Shown here piece after piece: positions 33,250 through 42,935 of a stretch of DNA of 64,000 nt. The stretch's first letter is position 1. Each line of letters begins with the position of its first letter. The notes under the pieces were generated by a model. The model ran no database searches. It was given only the letters and a program-made list of their open reading frames with translations, and was not told the DNA's origin. The position numbers and the translations under genes are program-made. This DNA comes from Cycloclasticus sp. (lineage in GTDB: Bacteria > Pseudomonadota > Gammaproteobacteria > Methylococcales > Cycloclasticaceae): positions 1,406 through 65,405 of the forward strand of contig JBDOOJ010000055.1 of the NCBI GenBank assembly GCA_039830885.1, read 5' to 3'.

Positions 33250-33756
33250 TTATAAAAAGATTGAAAGGTTTAATGTTCCAAGCGTTGATTGGTCCATATA
33301 TATAGTTCGTTTTAGAATGCGCCATTCGCCGTTAACTTGGTGAATAACATCATGGCGCTCGGCTGATAGCAAATCATGCCCAGCATCATCTAAACGATTG
33401 CGGTATAGCATTAAGTTGGTTTTTAGTTCGTATTGACCATTGTCTACGGCGTTAATACGTAGGTTGCTAACAAAATGACGAGTTCTGGATTGCGGTTCTT
33501 CTGCCCATGCGGTGGATGTGCCTAAGCGTTTAACCCGCATACCGAGCATTTCTTTGGTTTCATCAAAGTGGCCGAATTTTTCTTGAAACTCTTGATCTTT
33601 TTGGCGTTTGGTATGGGTAACGCGAACGGGCATGCGATAACTGGCTTGTTCGTCCCATAGGTCTAGCCATTCATTATGTTGGTGGTTATCCAGCAGCTCT
33701 GCTTCATGGTACATAAACGCTTCAATTTCTCTAAATAGGGAATCAGTAACAGACAT
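33250..33756 (-). CDS. Ring-hydroxylating dioxygenase beta subunit
   Basis: EAELLD...EWL...YRMP, AWAEEPQSRTRHFVSN, NLSIFL. Confidence 0.93.
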   Translation of the reverse strand: MSVTDSLFREIEAFMYHEAELLDNHQHNEWLDLWDEQASYRMPVRVTHTKRQKDQEFQEKFGHFDETKEMLGMRVKRLGTSTAWAEEPQSRTRHFVSNLRINAVDNGQYELKTNLMLYRNRLDDAGHDLLSAERHDVIHQVNGEWRILKRTIYMDQSTLGTLNLSIFL

Positions 33757-35054
33757 TATTTACCCTCCAGCGTGGTAATCCACTTTTTCCAGAACGCGCG
33801 TTGAGCGAACTCGGTAAAATCAAGTGGATAAGCGTTGCCAGGGCCGGGCCAATCGTCCATGGGTTCGAGAAGCCCTTGCCCCATTGAGTAATTGAGTGAC
33901 AGCTTTGACGCCATGGTGCCTTTTGCTGGCAAGGTAATTTGGCTCCAGTTTTCGGCGTCGTCTTGCTCTAATGTGCCGGATGTACCAAAACTTATTAAGT
34001 AGGCTTTATAACTGGCTTGTTTGAATTCTTCGGCAGCGTCTTTTTCAACCATGCACCATGACCAAATTTCTGTTTTACCTGCGGCTAAGGGGCGCCAAAC
34101 TCTAAAGGTCATATACGGTGCTGGAGGTGCCATGGCGGTGTACGCGCCGGGCGCATTTAAGAAACTTAAGTTTGGAAATAAATTCGCATGAGTCGGTAAC
34201 GAGACGCCGTTATCCATCAGCGATACTTGTTCGGGGTTAAACCGCTGTCGCATGGCTTCCATCATCGGTGGTGGGTAGGCTAAGGAATTAAATAGTGGGT
34301 CTTGTCTGGCAAAACCGATACCGAAATGCTCAAGCGCTACTTGTACGCCATCTAGTAGAAAATCACCGGATTGAGCGGGCAACATACCAGCCTGTATGGT
34401 GCTGGCATGGGTAATAAAGGTGTGGTATCCATCACCAACAAAGTTATCAGCCGCGAGCTTCCAGTCGGCATCTACCACCCAGCGTTGAGGCACGCCGTAT
34501 ACTTCAAGCCCGGCTTCGGATTTATTGGTATAAAAATCCATATACCATTTGGCATCGCCAAGATAATCGTCTAGCGACTCTGCATTAGGATCTAGGTTGG
34601 CGAAAATCATACCGCGCCAAACACCCATTTTAGGTGCAGCCATTAGCCCCCAGTCGGCATGGCCGATGGCATCTTTACCGTAACCTTCATCTTCATACGG
34701 TATATCAATCAATGCGCCATCTAAGTCATACACCCAACCATGATAAGGGCATGAGAAATTACGCGCGTTGCCTTTTTCCACACTGCATACTTTGCGACCA
34801 CGGTGGCGACAAGCATTTAATACAACGTGAACGGTGTTCTGTTTGTCGCGGGTGACGATAAAAGAATCATCGGCAATGTAGCGTTGAACGTAATCACCGG
34901 CATTGGGTATTTCAGTTTCGTGAGCAAGAAAATTCCAGCTTTTTGCGAATAGGTGTTCTTTTTCTAGTTCGAATAGTTCAGGACTGTTGAATACGCCTAA
35001 AGGCAATTCGCCCTTGTTTATGGCTTCGGCGATAGGTGGTATTAGGTTAGGCAT
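33756..35054 (-). CDS. Ring-hydroxylating dioxygenase alpha subunit
   Basis: Rieske CRH...CPYH, WKLAADNFVGDGYHTxxxH, EQDDAENW. Confidence 0.93.
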   Translation of the reverse strand: MPNLIPPIAEAINKGELPLGVFNSPELFELEKEHLFAKSWNFLAHETEIPNAGDYVQRYIADDSFIVTRDKQNTVHVVLNACRHRGRKVCSVEKGNARNFSCPYHGWVYDLDGALIDIPYEDEGYGKDAIGHADWGLMAAPKMGVWRGMIFANLDPNAESLDDYLGDAKWYMDFYTNKSEAGLEVYGVPQRWVVDADWKLAADNFVGDGYHTFITHASTIQAGMLPAQSGDFLLDGVQVALEHFGIGFARQDPLFNSLAYPPPMMEAMRQRFNPEQVSLMDNGVSLPTHANLFPNLSFLNAPGAYTAMAPPAPYMTFRVWRPLAAGKTEIWSWCMVEKDAAEEFKQASYKAYLISFGTSGTLEQDDAENWSQITLPAKGTMASKLSLNYSMGQGLLEPMDDWPGPGNAYPLDFTEFAQRAFWKKWITTLEGK

Positions 35055-35084
35055 TTTATTATTTCTCCCTAAAGAATTTTAAAC

Positions 35085-35223
35085 GAGACCTTTGCACGAA
35101 AGCTATTTTGCTCCCATACGGTGTTAAAAAAGTGCTCAATCGGTCATTTACTCCAGTAAACTCCCTCTTTCCGCGCATTTTTGCCTTGTCTGGAAACAAA
35201 ACCTTCTTCCGTGCAAAGGCCTC
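35085..35223. mobile_element. MITE-like element copy 1 (139 bp), IS5/IS1106-like termini
   Basis: TIRs GAGACCTTTGCACG ... CGTGCAAAGGCCTC; non-coding; inverted homolog at 45103-45277. Confidence 0.75.
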
Positions 35224-35296
35224 TAAGTATTATTTTTAACTAAGGTATCAGATTTTTTTAGTGGGCTAAATGGTTTCAGTTATTAAATGCCGACTT

Positions 35297-35334
35297 ATGA
35301 ATTGTGAATATAAAATTAAATATTCACAATTCAT
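35297..35334. promoter_or_regulatory. Probable TetR operator palindrome
   Basis: ATGAATTGTGAATAT-N8-ATATTCACAATTCAT perfect 15-bp arms, 15 bp upstream of the tetR ATG. Confidence 0.7.
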
Positions 35335-35349
35335 GATACACTGGTTATT

Positions 35350-35958
35350 ATGAAAAGATTTGATGCAGACCTATCGGGTGATCAATTAAAGGAAATGATT
35401 TTGGACGCCGCAGATAAGCGGTTCAAAACCGTTGGCTTTAAAAAAACCGCCATGGCAGAAATTGCCAATGATTTGGGTATGTCCACGGCAAATTTATACC
35501 GTTACTTCCCAAGTAAAGTTGATATAGCTGAAGGCTTTGCGATTCGCTGTTTTGTTGAAAAAGAGCAGGGTTTGGCGAAAGTGCTAGAAAAAGCCAAGTT
35601 ATCAGAGGTTGAACGACTTCAAGCATTCGCCTTAGCATTACTCCATTTTAATTATAAACAACTTCAAGAATACCCTGCTATCAACGATATTATTGTTGCG
35701 CTGTGTGCTGAAAAACCAAGTTTGATTGAACGAAAAAGAGCGGGTGAGCTTGAGCTAGTAAAAATTATTTTACAAAAAGGTCAAGAAATAGATGGGTGGG
35801 TTTTTGATGATATTACCGTGACGGGTCGTGCAATTCTAACGTCATGGATTATGTTTACCACGCCGACCTTTATGCAGTTGAGTACATTAGAAGAATTAGA
35901 GAGTTTGTTAGAAAGCGTTATTAATATAACGATTAATGGCTTGCAGCCAAGGACATAA
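35350..35958 (+). CDS. TetR/AcrR family regulator
   Basis: ILDAA...GFKKTAMAEIA...MSTANLYRYFPSK HTH. Confidence 0.92.
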   Translation: MKRFDADLSGDQLKEMILDAADKRFKTVGFKKTAMAEIANDLGMSTANLYRYFPSKVDIAEGFAIRCFVEKEQGLAKVLEKAKLSEVERLQAFALALLHFNYKQLQEYPAINDIIVALCAEKPSLIERKRAGELELVKIILQKGQEIDGWVFDDITVTGRAILTSWIMFTTPTFMQLSTLEELESLLESVINITINGLQPRT

Positions 35959-35961
35959 AGA

Positions 35962-38259
35962 ATGAATCGATTAGAAAATTTTTTTAGTGAGTGGGTCATT
36001 AAGCACCGAGTCATTGTTATTTTACTCAGTGTCATTATTGTGGCTGCTGCGGCCAGTGGCTTGCGTCATCTAGGGTTTAATAACGATTACCGTGCATTTT
36101 TTGGCCACGATAACCCAGAGCTCATTGCATTTAATAATGTGGAGAATACCTATACAAAGTCAGATAACGTCTTCATTGTTATCGCGCCAAAAACAGGTGA
36201 TGTATTTACACCAAAGGTATTGGGGCTTATAGAAGAAATGACGCAGGATGCTTGGCAAATGCCTTATTCGCGCCGAGTAGATTCACTGCAGAATTTTCAA
36301 AATACCTATGCCGAAGAAGATGACTTAATCGTTGAGGATTTATACGAAGAAGCCAGTGAATTAAGTGAAGAAGATATTCAGCGACTTAAAAATGTGGCGC
36401 AAACAGATCCGCTATTGTTTAAACGAATGGTGGCTGAAGATGGACACGTAACAGCCATTAATATCGTCTTGGAATACCCCAAGCTTGACCCAGGTAAAGA
36501 GCTTAAAGAAGTGGTTGAAACGACGCGCCAATTGATTAAAGACTATGAGGCGAAATACCCAGAGGTGAGTTTTTATGTAACGGGCGTATCATTTTTGAAT
36601 ATGTCTTTTATAGAAGCGGGTGAAGGCGATGTGATGACGCTGGTGCCAATCAGCTTTGTACTGATGATGATATTCATGTTCTTTTTACTCAAAAGCCCAA
36701 GTCCTGTGTTTGGGGTGATGATGGTGATTATTTTTTCAGACTTGGCAGCTCTAGGAATGGCCGGTCATATTGGTATTCAGTTGTCACCTGCATCGGTGCC
36801 GTCTACGCAAATGATTATGGTGTTGGCGGTGGCAAACAGTATTCATATTTTGGTGTCGTTTATCTTTTGTATGGAACACAAGATGCCACAGAGAAAGGCG
36901 TTGTCAGAAAGTATTCGTCTTAATTTACAGCCGATATTCTTAACCAGTGTGACCACCATGATTGGTTTCTTAGGGATGAACTTTAGTGAAGTGCCGCCGT
37001 TTAATGACTTGGGCAACATCGTTGCGATTGGCGTTTTTGTATCGTTGTGTTTATCGCTAACATTCTTGCCAGCGTTGATGAGTTATTTGCCCGTTAAAGT
37101 AAAGTATCAAGAAGATGCCGATGTCGAAAAGTTAGGGCGTTTGTCTGAGTTTGTTATTAAAAACCAAAATTCAATTTTGGTGCTTATGGCGGGTGTAGTG
37201 TTGATGTCTGGTTATTTGGCTACCTTCAATAGAGCAGAAGAGCAGTTCCTTAAATATTTTGATGAATCGATAACATTCAGAACAGATTCTGATTTCGCGG
37301 CAAGTACCTTGGGTGGTTTGTATCAGTTGGTGTACTCAATTCCTGCGGAAGGTAAAGGAGGCATCAGTGAGCCAGAATACCTTAAGAATTTAGATAATTT
37401 ATCGCAATGGCTTAAGCAGCAACCAGAAACAATCAATGTGTATGTGTTAACCGACACCATGCGGCGTTTGAACAAAAATATGCACGGTGATGATCCTGCT
37501 ATGTATACGTTGCCGGAAAGTAGAGAAATGGCGGCGCAGTACTTGTTGTTATATGAGATGTCGTTGCCCTACGGTTTGGACTTGAACAACCAAGTGAATG
37601 TGGACAAGTCTGCCACCCGCTTGTTTATTACCGTGGAAGAAATGAGCAACGTGCAATTACTGGAGTACGAGGGGCGTATTCAAACGTGGCTAAAAGCCAA
37701 TGTACCGTTGTTTATGCAGGCGCCGGGTACGGGGCCGATGATGATGTTCGCACACATCTCTGAGAAAAATATAAACGGCATGTTGAAAGGTTCAATTTTA
37801 GCGCTATTCCTTATTTCTATCATTTTAATCTTCGCGCTTCGTTCATTAAAAATAGGCTTCATTAGTTTAGTACCTAACTTATTGCCGGTCTTAATTGGCT
37901 TTGGATTGTGGGGGCTTATTTACGAAGAAGTGAATATGGCGTTGGCTATTGTGGTGAGCATGACATTAGGGATTGTGGTGGATGATACGGTGCATTTCTT
38001 GAGTAAATATTTGAGAGCAAAACGGGAAAAGGGCTATAGCACAGAGAGAGCTATTACGTACGCTTATACACACGTTGGTAAGGCGTTGGTGGTGAGCTCT
38101 ATTGTGTTAACGGTGGGCTTTATCGTGTTAATGATGTCGCCGTTTGCGCTTAATTCAGACATGGCTAAATTAACGACTTGGATTATTGCTGCGGCATTGA
38201 TTGTGGATTTCCTATTGTTACCGGTACTGTTATTAAAATTTGATAAGGACGAAAAATGA
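35962..38259 (+). CDS. MMPL/RND-family inner-membrane transporter
   Basis: Duplicated architecture of ~12 TM and two periplasmic domains; LTSVTTMIGF, GIVVDDTVHF. Confidence 0.9.
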   Translation: MNRLENFFSEWVIKHRVIVILLSVIIVAAAASGLRHLGFNNDYRAFFGHDNPELIAFNNVENTYTKSDNVFIVIAPKTGDVFTPKVLGLIEEMTQDAWQMPYSRRVDSLQNFQNTYAEEDDLIVEDLYEEASELSEEDIQRLKNVAQTDPLLFKRMVAEDGHVTAINIVLEYPKLDPGKELKEVVETTRQLIKDYEAKYPEVSFYVTGVSFLNMSFIEAGEGDVMTLVPISFVLMMIFMFFLLKSPSPVFGVMMVIIFSDLAALGMAGHIGIQLSPASVPSTQMIMVLAVANSIHILVSFIFCMEHKMPQRKALSESIRLNLQPIFLTSVTTMIGFLGMNFSEVPPFNDLGNIVAIGVFVSLCLSLTFLPALMSYLPVKVKYQEDADVEKLGRLSEFVIKNQNSILVLMAGVVLMSGYLATFNRAEEQFLKYFDESITFRTDSDFAASTLGGLYQLVYSIPAEGKGGISEPEYLKNLDNLSQWLKQQPETINVYVLTDTMRRLNKNMHGDDPAMYTLPESREMAAQYLLLYEMSLPYGLDLNNQVNVDKSATRLFITVEEMSNVQLLEYEGRIQTWLKANVPLFMQAPGTGPMMMFAHISEKNINGMLKGSILALFLISIILIFALRSLKIGFISLVPNLLPVLIGFGLWGLIYEEVNMALAIVVSMTLGIVVDDTVHFLSKYLRAKREKGYSTERAITYAYTHVGKALVVSSIVLTVGFIVLMMSPFALNSDMAKLTTWIIAAALIVDFLLLPVLLLKFDKDEK

Positions 38260-39032
38260 AAAATTTGAGTATATTGATATTAATATTAAGCAGCGCATTT
38301 GCGTACGCACAAACACCTGAAGAGAAAGGCCTTGAAATAGCGGTTGAGGCAGATAAAAGAGATCAAGGCTTTGCCGATTCAAGCTCGAAAATGACCATGA
38401 CATTGAAGAATGCGAACGGTGATGAGAGCATTAGAAAAATGCGTTCTAAAACGTTAGAAGTGAATGGTGATGGTGATAAAGGCCTCACTATTTTTGATAA
38501 GCCATCTGATATTAAAGGAACGGCATTTTTATCGTTCACTCATATTCTTGATGCAGATGACCAATGGTTATATTTACCTGCTTTAAAGCGCGTAAAACGA
38601 ATTTCATCAAAAAATAAATCGGGTCCGTTTATGGGCAGTGAGTTTGCGTTTGAAGATTTATCTTCGCGTGAAGTGGAAAAGTACGCCTACCTATATATAA
38701 AGGATGAAGCGGTTGATGGTGAAGATGCCTTTGTTATAGAAGTGCGACCTAACTATAAATATTCAGGTTATACGCGATCCGTTGTTTGGATCAGCAAAGA
38801 GAAATACCAGCCGTTAAAGATTGTTTACTATGACCGTAAAAACAGCTTGCTTAAAACCATGTCTGTATCGGGTTATCAGCAGTATCTTGGCCAATACTGG
38901 CGTCCAGATATGATGGTAATGAGCAATCATCAAACGAAAAAAGAAACGCGATTAGATTTTACAGATTACCAATTTAAAACGGGTTTAACTGAGCGTGATT
39001 TTAACAAAAGCAGCTTGAAAAGAGCGCGTTAA
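38256..39032 (+). CDS. LolA-like outer-membrane lipoprotein-sorting periplasmic protein
   Basis: Signal peptide; DDQWLYLPALKRVKRISS.NKSGPFMGSEFAFED. Confidence 0.88.
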   Translation: MKNLSILILILSSAFAYAQTPEEKGLEIAVEADKRDQGFADSSSKMTMTLKNANGDESIRKMRSKTLEVNGDGDKGLTIFDKPSDIKGTAFLSFTHILDADDQWLYLPALKRVKRISSKNKSGPFMGSEFAFEDLSSREVEKYAYLYIKDEAVDGEDAFVIEVRPNYKYSGYTRSVVWISKEKYQPLKIVYYDRKNSLLKTMSVSGYQQYLGQYWRPDMMVMSNHQTKKETRLDFTDYQFKTGLTERDFNKSSLKRAR

Positions 39033-39044
39033 GAAAAAGGTTTT

Positions 39045-40238
39045 ATGGTGTTGAAGCGCATGGTTAGGGTGGTTTTATGTTTGTTGTTGTTTGGCTTTGG
39101 TCAAGCAATGGCTAGTGAGTGGTCGGGCTACGTTGCAGCGGAATACCGTGGGTTCACGCAATCAAAACTGGATGATAGCCAATTTGATAATGGCAATTTG
39201 TCGGTATCGTTTGAGCCTGAGTTTTATCACAGTTGGAACGACGGCGATGACAGCCTTACTTTTGTGTTGTTCGCACGTTGGGATGAACATGATCCACAAC
39301 GTTCGCACATTGATATACGTGAGCTGGTTTGGTTGCACGTTGCGCAAGATTGGGAATTGCGTGTCGGCATCGATAAAGTCTTTTGGGGCGTTACCGAGTC
39401 GCAACACTTGGTTGATATCATCAATCAAACAGATTTAGTTGAAAATTTAGACGGCGAGCAAAAGCTAGGTCAAACGATGCTAAACCTTTCTTTTATTAAA
39501 GATTGGGGTGTGCTGGATTTGTATGTGTTGCCAGGGTTTCATGAACGCACGTTCCCCGGAAAAGATGGGCGCTTCCGCTCTATTCCTGAGATTGATGACC
39601 ATACGTTTTATGAGTCTTCAGCAAAAGATAAACACGTAGATTACGCCTTACGTTGGAGCCAAACGTTTGATGATTGGGATGTGGGTATATCGCATTTTTA
39701 CGGCACCAGTCGCGAACCGCGGGTTATGCCAAGCATAACGCCAGCGGGATTACGTTTAACGCCGTATTACGACATCATTAATCAAACTGGTTTAGATGTT
39801 CAAGCGACATTGGATGAATGGCTGTGGAAGTTTGAGGTTATTCACCGTAGCGGTCAGGGCGAAACGTTTAATGCGGTGACTGGTGGTTTCGAATATACCT
39901 TCGTTGGGGTGATGGATACTGCCGCAGACTTTGGTGTTATTGCAGAGTATTTGTATGATGATCGCGGTTCGAATCCGGCCGTTGCCTTCGACAATGATAT
40001 TTTTGTTGGTGGTCGGTTGGCGATGAATGACGCAGCATCGAGCGAATTGCTGTTCGGCATTATCAGTGATGTGAATGACAACACGCGTTTCTATAATATA
40101 GAGGCCAGTCGTCGTTTTGGTGATTCGTGGGTATTAAGTCTGGAGGGGCGGTTTATCTCAGCCGGCTCGACCGGTGGTCCGTTCAGCTCAATCCGCAAGG
40201 ACGATGTTATTCAGTTAGAGCTGGCACGTCATTTCTAA
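39045..40238 (+). CDS. Putative outer-membrane beta-barrel protein
   Basis: Signal peptide, alternating beta-strand pattern, VFWGVTE...DIINQ motif, C-terminal aromatic residue (LARHF). Confidence 0.7.
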   Translation: MVLKRMVRVVLCLLLFGFGQAMASEWSGYVAAEYRGFTQSKLDDSQFDNGNLSVSFEPEFYHSWNDGDDSLTFVLFARWDEHDPQRSHIDIRELVWLHVAQDWELRVGIDKVFWGVTESQHLVDIINQTDLVENLDGEQKLGQTMLNLSFIKDWGVLDLYVLPGFHERTFPGKDGRFRSIPEIDDHTFYESSAKDKHVDYALRWSQTFDDWDVGISHFYGTSREPRVMPSITPAGLRLTPYYDIINQTGLDVQATLDEWLWKFEVIHRSGQGETFNAVTGGFEYTFVGVMDTAADFGVIAEYLYDDRGSNPAVAFDNDIFVGGRLAMNDAASSELLFGIISDVNDNTRFYNIEASRRFGDSWVLSLEGRFISAGSTGGPFSSIRKDDVIQLELARHF

Positions 40239-40273
40239 AACCCTATGACTTTATTGACTAAACATAGGCGTAG

Positions 40274-40684
<411 letters not shown>

Positions 40685-40687
40685 CTA

Positions 40688-41986
40688 ATGAATACAATAA
40701 TAAAAAAATCAGGCCTATTATTAGGCTTATTACTACTGCCTAGCTTGGCATTTGCGGATGAGTTAAATGGCGCGAATACGGCGTGGATTTTAACGTCTAC
40801 GGCATTAGTATTGTTTATGACGATTCCTGGTCTATCAATGTTTTATGCGGGCTTGGTTAGAAGTAAAAACGTGTTGTCTGTGTTTTTACAATGCTTTGCA
40901 ATCACCTGTTTGGCATCAATTTTATGGTTTATTGTAGGTTATAGCCTAGCGTTTGGTGAAGGTAATGCGTGGATTGGTGACTTCTCTAAAGTCATGTTAT
41001 CAGGCGTTGATCGCGACACGTTATCTGGCGATATTCCTGAATCATTGTTTGCTATGTTCCAAATGACCTTTGCGATTATTACGCCAGCACTGATTATTGG
41101 TGCATTTGCAGAACGAATGAAGTTTTCTGCGATGTTACTCTTCAGTGGTATTTGGTTAATAGTAGTTTACGCACCAGTAACTCATTGGGTTTGGGGCGGC
41201 GGCTGGTTAGGTGAAATGGGCGTGTATGATTTCGCTGGTGGTTTGGTGGTGCATATTACTGCTGGTGTCGCAGCGTTAGTGGCGGCTATGGTGCTAGGCC
41301 CAAGAAAAGGATTCCCAACAACACCAATGCCTCCGCATAATTTAACCATGACAATTGCCGGTGCAGGCATGTTGTGGGTCGGTTGGTTTGGCTTTAATGG
41401 CGGCAGTGCGTTGGCAGCAAATGGCGATGCAGCAATGGCCATACTTGTGACGCATATTTCTGCTTCAATGGGTGCGTTTACTTGGATGGTTATTGAATGG
41501 AAAAAATTCGGCAAACCAAGTGCTTTGGGTGCGGTTACAGGCATGGTAGCTGGTTTAGGTACTATTACTCCTGCATCAGGCTTCGTTGGCCCAGGCGGTG
41601 CATTAATTATTGGTTTATTGGCTGGTTTTGTGTGCTTTAACGCAACACAATATATTAAGCGCGTATTAAAAATTGATGATTCGCTTGATGTCTTTCCAGT
41701 GCATGGTGTTGGTGGAATATTAGGCACGTTAGTTGTCGCTGTTTTCGCTTCAACCGAATTGGGTTTATTTAGTGGCTACGGTTTTGCTGATGGTATTTCT
41801 TCAATTGGCGGCCAATTATCAGTTCAAGCGATAGGTGTTGTGGCAGTTGTCGTATTCACTGCGATTGCTACCTACGTTATTTTGAAAGTGGTTGGTATGC
41901 TAACCGGTGGTTTACGTGTAGATGAAGAAGCCGAGCAGCAAGGCTTAGACATTACTGAACACGAAGAGACGGGTTACAACCTGTAA
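40688..41986 (+). CDS. amtB: Ammonium transporter
   Basis: FQMTFAIIT, DFAGGLVVH, WFGFNGGS, DDSLDVFPVHG. Confidence 0.97.
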   Translation: MNTIIKKSGLLLGLLLLPSLAFADELNGANTAWILTSTALVLFMTIPGLSMFYAGLVRSKNVLSVFLQCFAITCLASILWFIVGYSLAFGEGNAWIGDFSKVMLSGVDRDTLSGDIPESLFAMFQMTFAIITPALIIGAFAERMKFSAMLLFSGIWLIVVYAPVTHWVWGGGWLGEMGVYDFAGGLVVHITAGVAALVAAMVLGPRKGFPTTPMPPHNLTMTIAGAGMLWVGWFGFNGGSALAANGDAAMAILVTHISASMGAFTWMVIEWKKFGKPSALGAVTGMVAGLGTITPASGFVGPGGALIIGLLAGFVCFNATQYIKRVLKIDDSLDVFPVHGVGGILGTLVVAVFASTELGLFSGYGFADGISSIGGQLSVQAIGVVAVVVFTAIATYVILKVVGMLTGGLRVDEEAEQQGLDITEHEETGYNL

Positions 41987-42000
41987 ATACTTAAGGTATT

Positions 42001-42030
42001 AAAAAAGCCTCGGTGTACCGAGGCTTTTTT
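42001..42030 (+). terminator. Intrinsic terminator after amtB
   Basis: AAAAAAGCCTCGGT-GT-ACCGAGGCTTTTTT. Confidence 0.9.
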
Positions 42031-42094
42031 ATGCCTACCATTATTGATAGGCGTATGATTTACCGGAGCGCTTTAATTTATTAATGAGGAGATT

Positions 42095-42721
42095 GTGATG
42101 ATTAAACTGTATGCATACCCCCGATCTAGAAGTACCCGCGTTGTTTGGATGTTAGAAGAGTTGGGCGTGGGCTATGAGTTTATTAAAATTGACTTAATGG
42201 CGGGTGAAGGGCAAACCTCAGCATTCAAATCCATTCACCCAGACGGCAAAGTACCGGCCATTGATGACGATGGTTTCGTGTTAACAGAGTCGGCGGCCAT
42301 ACTAAATTACTTAGGTGATAAACATCCGGACAGTGGCTTGGTTCCGAAAGCCGGAACGCCTGAACGCGCCCGATATGACGAATGGAGTTATTTTGCACTC
42401 ACAGAACTGGAGCAACCACTTTGGACGGTAGGGAAGCATACTTTTGTATTTCCTGAAGATAAGCGCGTGGCAGAGATACTCCCCATCGCGCATTGGGAAT
42501 TTCTAAAAGCGAGTGATGTTTTGTCGCGCTGGTTAGCAGGTAAAGAATTTGCCTTAGGCGATTCGTTTACAGCGGTTGATATTTTATTTGCACATACCCT
42601 TCGTTGGGCTGATGCGTTTAATGTCCCATCGGATTCTGACGTGTTAGATGCTTATCGCGACAGGCTGTCAGAACGCCCAGCGTTTAAGCGAGTGGTTGCG
42701 AAAGAAGGTGAGTTTTCTTAA
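42095..42721 (+). CDS. Glutathione S-transferase family protein
   Basis: SRSTRVVWMLEEL, HPDGKVP, LTESAAI, FTAVDI. Confidence 0.9.
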   Translation: MMIKLYAYPRSRSTRVVWMLEELGVGYEFIKIDLMAGEGQTSAFKSIHPDGKVPAIDDDGFVLTESAAILNYLGDKHPDSGLVPKAGTPERARYDEWSYFALTELEQPLWTVGKHTFVFPEDKRVAEILPIAHWEFLKASDVLSRWLAGKEFALGDSFTAVDILFAHTLRWADAFNVPSDSDVLDAYRDRLSERPAFKRVVAKEGEFS

Positions 42722-42935
42722 GGGTGGTTTAACAGCCCCAAACGTTCAATACTTATAGGCGCCGTACCATCCTGGAGTATTAATTTAGTAGAGGGCAAAC
42801 TCTGCGCTATATATCTAAATTGATAGCTGATATAATGGCGGGTTCTGATTTAACCATTCGTTTTGCAAGGCTATTGGAATAATAATTCCTGCATTACGTT
42901 CCCATATTGATTAACTAAAAATAGATAGTAGACAA

